Below, one piece after another: positions 1 to 12,299 of a stretch of 64,000 bases of DNA; positions within the stretch are counted from its first letter, which is position 1, and each line of letters opens with the position of its first letter. This DNA comes from Oikopleura dioica (lineage: Eukaryota > Animalia > Chordata): assembly GCA_907165135.1 (NCBI GenBank), contig OU015568.1:13702001-13766000 (forward strand). Reading direction: 5' to 3'. The translations under genes were made by a program, and so were the position numbers. Under the pieces are notes generated by a model that saw only the letters and a list, made by a program, of their open reading frames with translations, was not told the DNA's origin and searched no databases.

Positions 1-391
1 TCTGCCAACAAGAGTGATTGGGATGCAGGATTTATACTTGCTGGTATTTCAGACCAATTTAATACAATCCAATCATTTGAGTTTAGGAATCACAGCCAGG
101 GGTGGATAATTTGAAATCAAATCATTATTCCATTTTTTCCAGAGCAAAACCGGCTTGATGAATCAGTCTGAAATTTTAGGTAATGATTCGAATATATGAA
201 AGATGAAAGCATGCGAAATTTCAAGCCGATTCATCAAGCCAAATTTGCTCTAGAATAAAATGGAATAATGGTTGATTTCAAAATATCCACCCCTGATCAC
301 AGCTCTACTGAATCTTCAGAAATTATTCACTCCCAGTGAACAAAGGTCTCGTTTGAAGTCACCGTCTGCATTAAACTTATGATTAATTTAG

Positions 392-1230
392 ATACTACGA
401 GTGCAGCCGCCAGCGAGCATCAACGGGCACATGCATCTGCATGTTTCTCGTCTGTCAACTTACGCTCTCGTTGAGTGAGAGTTCAATGCAGAAGGCGCTT
501 GCATATTCTGCAGCGATGAGCTTTATGATGTACCAGGTGCTATTTTCGGGCTTGTTCAGCGGAGTCAGCCTTCCTCTGTTCGTCCAGGCGCTTTTGTTAC
601 TCGTAAGTTGATTATTGATTACTTAGTTTAAAATTGGCTAATCGAAAATATCTTCAAAAAAGTGAATGATTTCAGGTTCCTTCACTCGTCTGCCCCCAAC
701 TCCTCACCACATCAGGGATCATCGACTGGGACGATTTAGTCGAGATCAGGTTCGGGATCAACACGACACGCTGAGGGCACGTTTCGTACGTAATGAAAAC
801 TGTGTTGATCCCCCTGTGAGCATTTATTGCTTTCTAATCCTGGCTCTTACGGATTCGCTCCAATTTTCCTTTCCTCGAACATTTACCAATGGCTAGAGTT
901 CAATACATACGAAGAATATCTATTAACACGAGAAACAAATTAATTATTCTTGGTTGAAACTAGGATATTTCATTAAAATTGATTGTATTGAACTTTTTCG
1001 CAGTGAAAGCTTTCTTGTATCATCTTTGATCATTCTCTCGTTGCGATGGACGATAGAGGCCCAAGCTGACGTCCTAGTAGAGGTAAGAAAGTTAGCAAGT
1101 GATGATGTTGTTTTAATTTGGATTAGACGTTTGCGGGTGTCGGAGTAATCATAAGTGCTGGCTGGATGGCATTGATCGTCACAGTATTGATCGTCGCTTG
1201 CGCCACCTTAACCAAGAGAGAACGCAATTC
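392..1230 (+). CDS. Probable 5' exons of the dolichol kinase gene (hydrophobic multi-exon ORF, contains an in-frame TGA at 772-774)
   Basis: Exons ~392-602, 677-815, 1004-1082 and 1128 onward join by GT-AG into a hydrophobic protein (..VMKTVLIPLESFLVSSLIILSLRWTIEAQADVLVETFAGVGVII..) loosely resembling the DOLK N-half. Assignment and boundaries are uncertain. Confidence 0.3.
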
Positions 1231-1589
1231 TTCCCCTAAGCTCACTCGAGCAGACTGCCACTTAGGAAACGGATACGCCTACGGATCCGTAGTACACACT
1301 TGTTCACATAACTTATGGGCTCTGAAATAGAAAGAGAGAGAGCCCAGTCGCCCGTAACGAAACCAGAATAATGAGGCTAATTTGGTAGAGAGAGCGGCGA
1401 GAATTTAGCCAGAATTACAAGCCTCTGAAAACACGACATCAAAAAGCGACATGTTTAAACGTAACAGGATTGACATGAGAGCAAATGTTGCACTGCGCAA
1501 ATGTAACACGGGGCGAAATAGTGAATCATGACCTTTATTGATTCAGAGTAACCAGTGATTCTTAAATACGAATTCAATGATTTCCAAAG

Positions 1590-2916
1590 AGTTTATTTTG
1601 TATCCGAAAAAGAGCTCTCGTTTTCTATGGGGGCATTTGTGCGTTTTGTCTCTTCACCACTCCCGTTGGCCTTATCTTTGGGTATGAGAGCGCAGTAATG
1701 ACTGTAATCTACGCGTTGGCCCGTCTGTGTGATTTTAATCACTTTCTGATGATAGCTGCCTGGTGCGGACTCACGATTCTCACCACTAAAATTATTGAGA
1801 AGCAGCAGAAGAACAAGATGCATCAATTTTGTACAGCACAACGCAAGGTAAACTCGTTTATTTCGATTCTCGCTCATCAAAACAATAGTGGAAGAGGTTA
1901 TATTTTTTCCTTGACACGGCGATCTTGATTTTACAGCAATAATATTTGCCAAGCAATGGCTTCATAGTTCAAAGTTTTCAAGCGTTTTATCCCGCTAAAA
2001 ATAAAATCAGACAGAGATAGTTATCGATGGAGAAAAAGAGCGTCTTATATTTAAGCTGGATAATGCTTATGCCTCATCCTCAGATTGTCCACTTTTTTCG
2101 CTATGAATATATAGCTTTTAGCCGCTTTTTATGTGTTCAATTCTTTTCCATGAGATATCTCTAGCTTGCTAGCAAGCTCGAATCATATCGAATTATGTCA
2201 AAATGGAGAATTAACCCCTTGTGCATTTAGATGTTTCATGGGATCGCTGTTTGTGCACTAATGGTCGGAATCGCTTTCGATGCTGAACTTTTGGCTCTGG
2301 TGACCTTTGCCATTCTAATTATGTTCATTTGGGTGGCGCTTTATTCAGGATATCAGGTAATAAAACTGTTAATTCAGCCAAAATGCGTCATCAGAAGAGG
2401 CTTAAAAGCCACCTAAATCATTTCTCTAAACGAGAGTTATCCGGCTTTCTATCAAAATATTCCTTTTAGATTTATCCGTATGGAAATAAAGTTCGCCGAC
2501 TACTCGTGACCATGACAGACCACAGGGATCAAGGGAAAATTATCGCAACGCCGATATACCTTCTTTTTGGAGTGTCATTTCCAATTTGGTGCGATTTAAT
2601 TAAATTCGGCAAAATAACCAACTCAGCGGTTGCTGGAATCGCCTCCATTGGCATTGGCGACTCTTTTGCCGCCCTGGTAGGAGCTCGGTACGGAAAAACG
2701 AGAATTTTTGGAGAAAAGACACTTGAAGGTTGCTTAGCAAATTATGCTAGTCAACTTGTCTTCTACTTGTCCCTTTGGCTTATTGCGCCGCAGTCCTTTG
2801 TGTTTTCGGTTGATTTGATTATCAGCTTGTTTCTTTCTTCTTTACTAGAAGCAGTAACCGATCAGATAGACAATCTTATACTTCCAGTATTCCTCTACTC
2901 ATGTCTCGCGCTCTAG
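1590..2916 (+). CDS. DOLK: Dolichol kinase (C-terminal exons; 5' end uncertain)
   Basis: Spliced TAQRK|MFHGIAV (RKxFH motif), DHRDQGKIIATPIYLLFGVSFPIW, GIGDSFAALVGARYG, KTLEG and EAVTDQIDNLILP. Last exon 2470-2916. Confidence 0.85.
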
Positions 2917-3160
2917 GCAGAAATTCACGATTTTAGAATCTTCCAGTTATCCCCATTTACCTCAACATTCTTCAGTTCAAGGATCCCAATTCTATTTATT
3001 TAGCAACACTAGATTATAATAATTTTTCACCGCCGGAATTCTTTTTCTTTTCAGAAATCGTTGATGCGGTGAATTTTAACCTGGCCTTCTTCCTTTTCTT
3101 TGGTTGCTGTGTCGTACTGACTGCCTCAAGATTGCATCGTTTACGTTTTTGCGCGAGAAG

Positions 3161-4454
3161 ATGGGCAACCTTTGCTCATGCATGAACAAGCGGAGGCAGC
3201 GGTCGACGCGAAATTCGTGCCGCAATGGTGATCCTAGTGTTGGCCGACAGAATGCCGATAGTGTAGCTACCATGTCTGATGCCAGCAGGCCTGTTCAACC
3301 GAGAGAGACTCAGCACATAGCAGGTAAGCGCCCTTAATCAAACAGTAACGTAAGTCTTCGCCTTTTAGACAGGGAAGATATTGCTCCAGAGGGAGAGGAG
3401 CAAATCAACCCGGCGGACAACATCGCCGTCCCGCCTAAGTTCAAAGCCAAGTCGATGATGAACATCCACGAAGATAGACGATCAGGATCAAGTGCGATGC
3501 GCGGTCAACGGGCCTCTTCCACTTCCAATATTTATATCGACGATTCGACGGTTTCGAAGCCGAATGCAAAGGCGATGCAAAAGTGCCTCGCGCTAGCGAT
3601 ATATTATCATGTGAAGAGCAATAATCATGCAGATGATTTGTCCTCCAATGTTCCTGACATCTTCGACGAGCAGAAACATCCGCTCAGAAAGAAAAAGAAC
3701 CAGAAACCTGTAGACTCACAGTCAGATTTAGTAAGTATCGCGAGTTTTTACATGTATTTTTTCTTGATATCAATGAGCTTTTGATATCCTTCGTAGTTGT
3801 CGATCTGATATCGACTGGCGTGTTCGAATATTTACTGTATTATTAAGGAGGATCTGCCGCCACCAGATCATCGCGATGTTTATAAATTCATCCGCTGCTT
3901 ATTCTCGCAAGCGCAGTTGGCCTCCGAAGTCGCCATGGTCACCTTAATTTATCTCGAGCGACTTTTAACTTATGCCGAAGTCGAGTTTTATCCGGCGAAT
4001 TGGAAAAGGCTCACGCTCGGTGCTATAATGCTCGCTTCTAAGGTTTGGGATGATCAGGCCGTCTGGAACGTGGACTTCTGTATGATCATCGATGCTGATG
4101 TAGAAGACCTGAATATGCTGGAACGAAGCTTTTTAGAATTACTACAATTTAATGTAAATGTGCCTGGATCTGTATATGCAAAGGTAGCATTTAATATTTA
4201 ATTATGCGCTTTGAACTCTTCGTTAGTATTACTTCGACCTTCGTGAAATGGCGGTCAAGTACGGGATTAAATTCCCTGTGAGTCTGCTTACCCACGATCG
4301 CGCGATTAAATTAGAAGCCTCCTCGTCCCTAAGGACGCCCGATAAGGTCTCCGGGCCGAAGACCTCGTATGATGTGCCCAAACATCGCAAATGCTTCTCA
4401 CTTGACTTCAACTCAAATGCTAATGTGGGCCGTTCGCCCTGGGTGATTTCTTAA
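3161..4454 (+). CDS. CCNY: Cyclin Y (4 exons)
   Basis: MGNLCSC N-terminus, [20 protein letters not shown] and the cyclin box [46 protein letters not shown] introns; stop at 4452-4454. Confidence 0.93.
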
Positions 4455-5202
4455 TATTCAACCGCCACCCGGATACGAAAGCCTCAAATCTTAGTCGTAC
4501 TTCACATTTCACCAGTTGGTAAGCATAAAACTAGTTTTAACGCACTGTTGATGCTCGATCAAAGGTCAATGATCTGTACTCGTTCCTCTGATTGGCTCAA
4601 AAGTCGCCTGTAATTATCTCTATCTAATATATTCTTCTAGCTGCCAAATGTCCGTCTTCAATCTGTCTGAGTGATCCTGGGCACGTCCTGCTTATTGTTC
4701 ACCAAAAAAATAATCCCTAAAGTTGCCACTGTTATTGTCCCAGAAAGCTTGATGAAGAAATTACAATAAATCATATTTCATATGTTTTACTCCTCAAAAC
4801 ACAACTTAAAAATATTCACGCTGATCTCTTTTCCGATTGTTCTATAAGATCTTTTTACTAAAATGTTTCTTTCTACCTTCTTCGTACTTCTCCTTTTTCT
4901 TCTTGTATATAATAATTTAAAAAATATAACAAAGTAGTCGATTCTTGTGTAAAATTCAACTTAATTCGAAGCTAGTGGATCATTACTCTTTGGTGAGCCT
5001 TACTTTCTAATCTACAGTAGTCGCAGTCATTCTTTACTGTACTTAAAAACTGTAACCAGCTGTAGTGAACGCTTTCAGCTCGGCGAGGTTTCCCTTCAAC
5101 TAGCTCTAGAGCAAATTACCCTCTGATGCAAATTATGAGATAAAAAATGCCAATAAATTCTTGCGCTTCAACGAAAAAGTCATCAATCGTTTCGTTGTTA
5201 GT

Positions 5203-6046
5203 ATGGGTTTTGTGACCGCTCACGCTGAGACGCAATCGTTCGCTCACCAGGCCGGCTGGCTTCATGATAAACATGATTTGACCAAGTCGAGGACTTTGGC
5301 ACTTCCTTCGCAGTCGGTTCCCAAGCAGGGTCAGGCCCCAAAGGTAGAGCATTCGAGAGACAATCTGTGTTGATGAATTCGTAGGTCTCTGAAAACACCG
5401 AATCAGCAACCAACTACAATGGTCCATCTCCAAACCACATCGCTAACAATCTCTGGGGCCCCGTCCGACCCATCAAGGTAGCTTTATCACTGTTTTACTT
5501 CTACTCAACTCCTTTTAGTGGTTCATGGGACACATTGATGTCACCGGACGATCCATGTTCAAGTCTATGGATCACCAGGGTCAGTACTTTGGTTCTCTGA
5601 CTCCCGGAGCTTCGCTCAGATTCGCTAATGGACACACTGAGCATCCTAGTGGTGCTTCTCGATGCTGGAAGGTAGACTATCTTTAAAATCGTCGAGAATA
5701 ATGACCTCTTTCAGGAACGATTCGCGCTGATGATGTGCTCCCGAGAAATGAGCTCCGAGCGAGCAACCAATGGACCCTGCGCTAAGGAAGCCTACTTCTT
5801 TGAACGATGCCAGACATACAAATCTGATACCGACGTAACCTTACTATATTTTTTTCTACTTTGTAACGCTGTTCTTAGATGCACAGAAACGCGAAAATTA
5901 TTTATGCCGACGAGTACTTCGGTGATTTGACAAATCAGTACAACTCGCAGGCTTTCGAAAACAACTTCGGTTGGAACAAATTCGGCTTCTCTGGCCAGAA
6001 AGGTGGCATTCCTCACCCAGACAACCTCTCCTTCGGACACGTCTAA
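5203..6046 (+). CDS. Twin CX9C protein, NDUFS5-like (complex I 15 kDa subunit) with long extensions, 5 exons, ~220 aa
   Basis: Five exons joined by short GT-AG introns give ..SRCWKERFALMMCSREMSSERATNGPCAKEAYFFERCQTYKSDTDMHRNAKII..: two CX9C motifs with an RC..C..RA..C..E..F..C..M.R pattern like NDUFS5. Confidence 0.55.
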
Positions 6047-6955
6047 GAAGAAGATTGAAATTAAATTATTATCTTTCTGTTCAACTCTAATTTATTTACT
6101 TTCGTTGGAATTACGACAATAAAATAACGGAATAAAGTTCTTGGCTTCTGAATTGGAGACTACCCAAATTGACGAACAATAAGAAGCTACTTGACTTTGA
6201 GATTTGAATAGAACTACGATTTACGAGAAAAACCAAGACGCAAATAATAGCGTCATTCGATTTTTACGATGTACTTAATAGCTCTGAGCTTTAAAAGAAC
6301 TAAAAGCGATCAAACCGATTCAAATATTTGAGAAATTAGAGATTCGTGGATATTCGATGACAACGGAGGTAAAAAGCTTTTGAAACGATAATCGTTTAAA
6401 ATTTTTAAAGAAGTTAAAAGTTAGGAACTAAGGTGGTCTTGCTAAAATTACAAATGCAGCACAAAACAGACTACTCCATTTCGCGAATACCCTCGGGTCT
6501 TTTTTGAACCCAGCAGAAATCTAGTTAACCGTGCAAACTCGCCTTTCAATGCTGGATTAGGTTCTTTTTTTTAATTCCAAGAGAGGCTCTTTTTGGCGAA
6601 ACAAAATAAACTAGATCAGCGAAGAAAAGATTTTGGGTGTCCAAATATTTGATGCACTGTAAGCTCTGTTTGTTTATGAGATTTATCTTTTACATGAAGC
6701 TAAGAATTTAAAAATGAGAGAATATTTCTATCTGCATTTAATGCAGCAGATTAAACAACTTGTAACATCAAGTGCCCTCGGGTCTTTTACGCCGAGAGTC
6801 ATTCATTATCTCGGAAAGAGAAAGAGATAAAGCTTGTTTCCAATTTATCATTTTGAAGCGGACGGCGCGCTTTGGATATCCTGCTTCGAGACTGCTTTAA
6901 ATAATACATGACGTCTCATTTTAACTTTCAGATCGATTCGGTCTCAACTAGAGAA

Positions 6956-9900
6956 ATGCACAGGGCTGTTCTGGGTGTGCCGGACATAACCTGCACCGCC
7001 TGCGTTGAGACAATCGAAAGTCTATTCAAGAATGATGAGTTTATCAAAATACGCGTTAATCTCGTTCCCGAAAAGGAAGCGATTGTGTTCTGGGAACCGG
7101 AGAAAACTACCTTAGCAGCAATTAGAGAACGTATCGAAGATGCTGGCTTTGGGACAAAAGTATTGAGTAAGTTTTTAGTATATCATTTTGATATTTTATG
7201 ATAAATTCAGGTGAGAACTACGAGACACCCGATAATTATCTCGAGAAACGAACCGAATTCCAGATAGAAGGCATGACTTGCTCATCCTGCACTGGCACCA
7301 TTCAAGGAGCACTTGCCGATCATGTTCTGTCATGCGATATTTCTTTGGAAACGAAGACTGCTTCTATAACTTACAACGAGTTCGCGATTTCTCCGGCGAA
7401 GATTGTTGACCTTATTGAAGACTGTGGCTTCGAAGCAAAGTTGAAATCTGCCGTTGTTACCACGCTGGAACATGTTAAAATTCAAGTTCTTGGAATGGTT
7501 TGCATGTCTTGTGTTCACACGATTCAAGATGTCCTTGGCGCTTATACAGGAATCAACTCAGTTGTCGTATCGCTCGAGAAAGAAGAAGCCGATGTCACCT
7601 TCCAGCCTGATCTACTTACTGGGGCTGTTATCGCTGCGCATATTGAGGATATGGGTTTTGAAGCCTCTGTCATAAACCTTGAACAAACAGAATATCTCAA
7701 GAGCACTTTCAACATTACTGGCATGCGTTGTAAATCATGTGTTGGCAAGATCACGAATGGAGTGGAGGGCCTCTTCGGCGTCGTCCAAACTGTTGTGAAC
7801 CTTGAAGCTTCGTCTGGCTTCGTAATTCACTCTTCCACTGTTTCGCCTGCGGAAATTCAAAAGCTCATCGAGTCAATGAATTTCACTGTTGAACATGTCG
7901 GCTCGGAGAAAGACGATTACTCACCTTCACCATCTTCTTTGCCGAGAAAAACTCCGCCAAAGAAGAAGCAGCAGATCATGAACTCAACCGTCTCAACAAC
8001 AACTTTCATCAATGCATCTGGCGAAACTGAGAAATGCTCCATCAAGATTTTAGGGATGACATGTGCAAGCTGCGTGGGAAATATTGAGCGGACAATATCC
8101 AAAGCCTCAGGTGTTCTGAGCATTGTTGTGTCGCTCATGTCTTCCCGTGGTGATGTTATTTTCGATCCCTCGCTGACTTCCGCGAAAGAACTGGCGAACG
8201 CAATTGATGAGATGGGATTTGAAGCTTCTGTAATTTCCACCGGAGGATCTACTGAAGAAAAACTTACGCTCACCGTGACCGGAATGACCTGTGCGAGCTG
8301 TGTACGCAAAATTGAGCTGTCACTGAAAAAGATTCCTGGCATTTCTGACGCTGTTGTTTCTCTTACTACTTCATCCGCTCTTGTTACACATGATAGATCC
8401 GTCATTCCAGCACGAGAAATTATCACAGCTGTAAAGGACCTCGGATTCGGTGCTGAAATTCGAAACGAGACGGATAACTACGCTCTCCTGGAACATAAGG
8501 ATGCTATAAATAAATGGCGGCGTTCATTCCTCGTCTCACTCTTTTTCGGACTCCCTGCTATGATTCTCATGATGCTATTCATGCTTCCATCGCACGACGA
8601 AGCAGTTATTCCCCCGCATAACATAATTCCAGGCTTATCCGTAGAAAACTTGACGATGTTTATTCTTTCGACGCCGGTTCAATTCTTCGCCGGATGGAAG
8701 TTTTACATCGCAGCATGGAAAGCTATCAAACACAAATCACTCAACATGGATGTTTTGATTATGATGGCTACGACAATCTCATACCTATACTCAGTTATTA
8801 TTGTTGTTTGGGCGATTGCCGTAAAAACTCCCCATTCACCCAGGACCTTTTTCGAAACAGTTCCCATGTTGATCACTTTTATCTCTTTGGGACGATGGCT
8901 GGAGCATATTGCGAAAGGAAAACTTCCGAAGCTCTTGCGACTCTTATGAAAATGGCGCCTTCAGAAGCGACAGTCGTTCAGTTTAACAACGGCCAGGTCG
9001 AGAAGGCGGAAGTAGTGAACATCAGCCTCGTTGAGCGAGGTGATTTAGTTCAAGTTAAGCCCGGAGAAAAGATCCCCATTGATGGCCGTGTTATTGATGG
9101 CAAATCATCGTGTGATGAAAGTTTCATTACAGGCGAGTCAATGCCTGTCACAAAGCGAACAGGAGATTCCGTTTACGCGGGAGCGATAAATAACAATGGT
9201 TCAATTATTGTCAAAGCAACGCACGTTGGCGGCGATACAAACCTGCAGCAGATTGTTCGAATAATGGAAGACGCGCAGTCTAGCAAGGCTCCAATTCAGC
9301 AACATGCTGACGTCATCGCCGGCTATTTTGTGCCCGTGGTTATCAGTTTGTCCCTCATGACTCTTATCGGATGGCTTATTGGCGGATTTAAAAATCCAAG
9401 CGTTATTCCTGATCGGATGAACATGAAGATGAACATGACGGAAACTGAACATCATACAGAACATCTGGGTCACGGAGAAGTCGCTGTAACTGAGCGAGTA
9501 GTCAATTTTGCATTCCAAATGGCAATCACTGTTCTCGCAATCGCTTGTCCTTGTGCACTCGGTTTGGCGACTCCTACCGCTGTCATGGTTGGTACTGGCG
9601 TTGGCTACAAAAATGGTATCTTGATCAAAGGTGGCGAAGCTCTCGAAAAAGCTCAAAAGATCGACTGCGTCGTCTTCGACAAAACGGGAACTATCACCTA
9701 TGGAAAGCCAACTGTATCCGTATTCCAAATCTTGACGTCAAAGATGCCTAAAAATGACATCATTAGAATCGTCGGCTCAGCAGAGAGCCAGTCAGAACAT
9801 CCGCTAGGAACGGCTGTGTGTAACTATGCGAAGAAAGAGCTCAACACTGAAGTAATGGAGCAAGTTTCTGACTTCAAAGCTGTCCCGGGCTCCGGCATCG

Positions 9901-11085
9901 AATGCAAGGTCGCCTCGAAGTACAAAGTTCTCATTGGCAATCGCTCGTGGATGACATCAAATGGTCTGAAAGTAACAAAAGACATGAATGCAATGATGAA
10001 GCAGCACGAGGAGCTTGGCCGTACCGCTGTATTGGTATCTATTGATGGACTTCTGTGTGCGATGATTGCAATTTCCGATCAACTCAAGCCGGAGGCTCAG
10101 CAAGTTGTCCACGTTCTTCAGAAAAAGCTCGGATGTAAGGTTGTCCTTCTCACCGGTGACAACCAAATCACAGCTAAAGCCATCGCTCGCGAAGTCGGCA
10201 TCTTTGAAGTCTTCGCTGAAGTCCTTCCAACGCATAAAGCCGATAAGATCAAGGATCTCCAAGCTGCGGGAAAGACTGTTGCCATGGTGGGCGATGGTGT
10301 CAATGACTCGCCCGCTTTGGTTACTGCTGATGTTGGAATTTCATTTAAAACTGGAACTGATGTCGCCGCTGAAGCCGCTGACATCGTTTTGATGAACGAC
10401 AATCTTGAGGATATTGTGGCGGCGATTGACCTTTCAAAGGCAGTCGTGCGAAGAATCAAATACAACTTTGTCTTCGCCTCTGCTTATAATCTTGTGGGCG
10501 TTCCTATCGCTGCTGGATGCTTTGTCCCCATTGTATAGAGCTTTCAAAATAGTAAGAATGTTAAACTTGCTTTTAGGGCTTTGCTCTTCAGCCCTGGATG
10601 GCATCTGCAGCCATGGCTCTCAGTTCCGTCTCCGTTGTGACCTCTAGTCTTCTTCTCAAAAAATACACCAAGCCATACTTTGACAGTTCTTGGAAGAAAG
10701 GCGATATGCTCAAGTTATTAAAATAAAAAAGACAATTTTTAAACTTGTTCTAGGGAGGACGAAGTGCTTATTCAGACCGGGAGAAACTTTATCGACAAAA
10801 TTGCCACCAGCTTGGTAGAAATTAGCGAGAAATTCTCAAATGGTTCTAACAACATCGGTAAAGTACCAAAGGTTCAGGCTTTCAATTATCTACCTTTATT
10901 TTTTATCTGTCCATTTATGACTTGCATGAAAAAGGGTTTGACGGAACTAATTGGGAAAGTTGTTTACGTCTTCGAAGCGGTGTCCGTACCTATTGCATGA
11001 GAGTGGGATCTGATTTTAACGCTCCCGCTATAGTGAAAAGGAACTCCGATTGATGACGAAAAGAACCAACCTTTTGCATGAATGA
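6956..11085 (+). CDS. ATP7A: Copper-transporting P1B ATPase, ATP7A/ATP7B orthologue (3' end approximate)
   Basis: Six HMA CxxC motifs (ITCTAC, GMTCSSC, GMVCMSC, GMRCKSC, 2x GMTCASC), TGES, CPC, DKTGT, SEHP, TGDN, GDGVND, YN and MALSS. One-base frameshift in the A4 run at 8919-8922 (GKTSEAL needs A5). A/B paralogue not resolvable. Confidence 0.95.
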
Positions 11086-11183
11086 GAGCGGTTATGGGAT
11101 TAAACTGACAAACACCTCATTTATCGTCCATTTATCAATTATTCTAATAGGAAAATATAGAAATTTATATAGATTCTTGTATG

Positions 11184-12174
11184 GTAGTAGGGATAAATGT
11201 TTCGGCAGAATGCCGAAATACTGTGAGCTAGTTTTCTGATTAATGTTTCGGCAAGGGCCGAAACTATTTTCACTTATGTCCTCTTTTTTGGCAAAAACAT
11301 TTCGGCAAGCTGCCGAAACTTTTTTCGTATTTGACTTCGGTTTTTGTAAAAATGTTTCGGCACACAAACTGAACTGGAAATCTCAATGTTTCATACAAAA
11401 AAACTCCTATCGGCAAAGTCAAACACTCCTCACTCGTCATCCTCTTCTTATCCTTGCTATCGGGAGAAAATTTTCATGTCTTAGTGCCTAGATTTTAATT
11501 CAATGACCATGAATGATGATATGAGCAGAAAGTATTAAATCTAACTGCCCCTTACCACGGGGCTTCGCCCCTTAGGTCCTAAAATGCCGGGGTCTAGTCT
11601 AGGGTTACTTAGGGTTACCTTCGGTAACCCTAACTAACCCTAGCCTATCCCCCTCGGGTAATTTATTCCGTCATTTTTGCAGGTGCCCCCTAACCCTAAC
11701 CTTTATTTTAGCCAATACTACGATTTTAATTTTTTCATTGAAAATATGTCTTCCGGGGAGCTTCAACTTTTTTCTTTGTTTTTCTATAATCGGCTCATAA
11801 TCACCCTCGAATTCCTCCATTTTTGCAGAATGAGGAGTGAAGCGCGAGACAAAACTCTTCTTATTCAGAAGTTCTGAATATGCGAGAAGAAAATAAATCT
11901 AGATTTTGAAGGTAACAATTTGATTTAATGCACATTCATTGGACGCGCATACCAGCGCGCATCAGGATGAGAATGAAAAAGCCTGCCGAAACTTTATTGC
12001 TCCGAAGGCGGTTAATTCTGATTTTTGTTTCGGCTCCTGCCGAAATGTTTTGCCAGAAAAATGAGTCAAATTTGTATTAATATTTCGGCAGGCTGCCGAA
12101 ATATTTATCACATTTATGCCTTCATAAGTGACTTTCAGTTCGGTCGCGTTTGCCGAAACTTTTATCCGTACTAC
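11184..12174. mobile_element. Degenerate inverted-repeat element (MITE-like) built of TTTCGGCAnnnTGCCGAAA mini-hairpins
   Basis: GTAGTAGGGATAA at the left and TTATCCGTACTAC at the right; both arms carry repeated TTTCGGCA/TGCCGAAA. No clear TSD. Confidence 0.55.
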
Positions 12175-12299
12175 GTCTTGTATAGATAGGTTAACAAGAG
12201 TGAAATGATTTATCAGTTATTGATCGTAAGTGTATACATAATCATAATGTGCCCCGGCTGTAGGTGAAAAGTTTGCTTCTTTGCCAAAATCATGCGAGG

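Noticed and set aside
772-774. Selenocysteine codon
   Set aside because: There is no redox-motif context, DOLK is not a known selenoprotein, and I could not identify a SECIS.
8919-8922. Frameshift in ATP7 (and similar ones at ~29527, ~29930 and ~34727) as programmed frameshifting or pseudogenisation
   Set aside because: Each is repaired by adding one base to an A/T homopolymer and the flanking motifs are intact, the typical long-read consensus error.
7330-10465. Antisense and alternative-frame ORFs over ATP7 (and likewise over the receptor, sulfatase and polycystin genes)
   Set aside because: They are shadows of strongly supported genes and carry no independent motifs.
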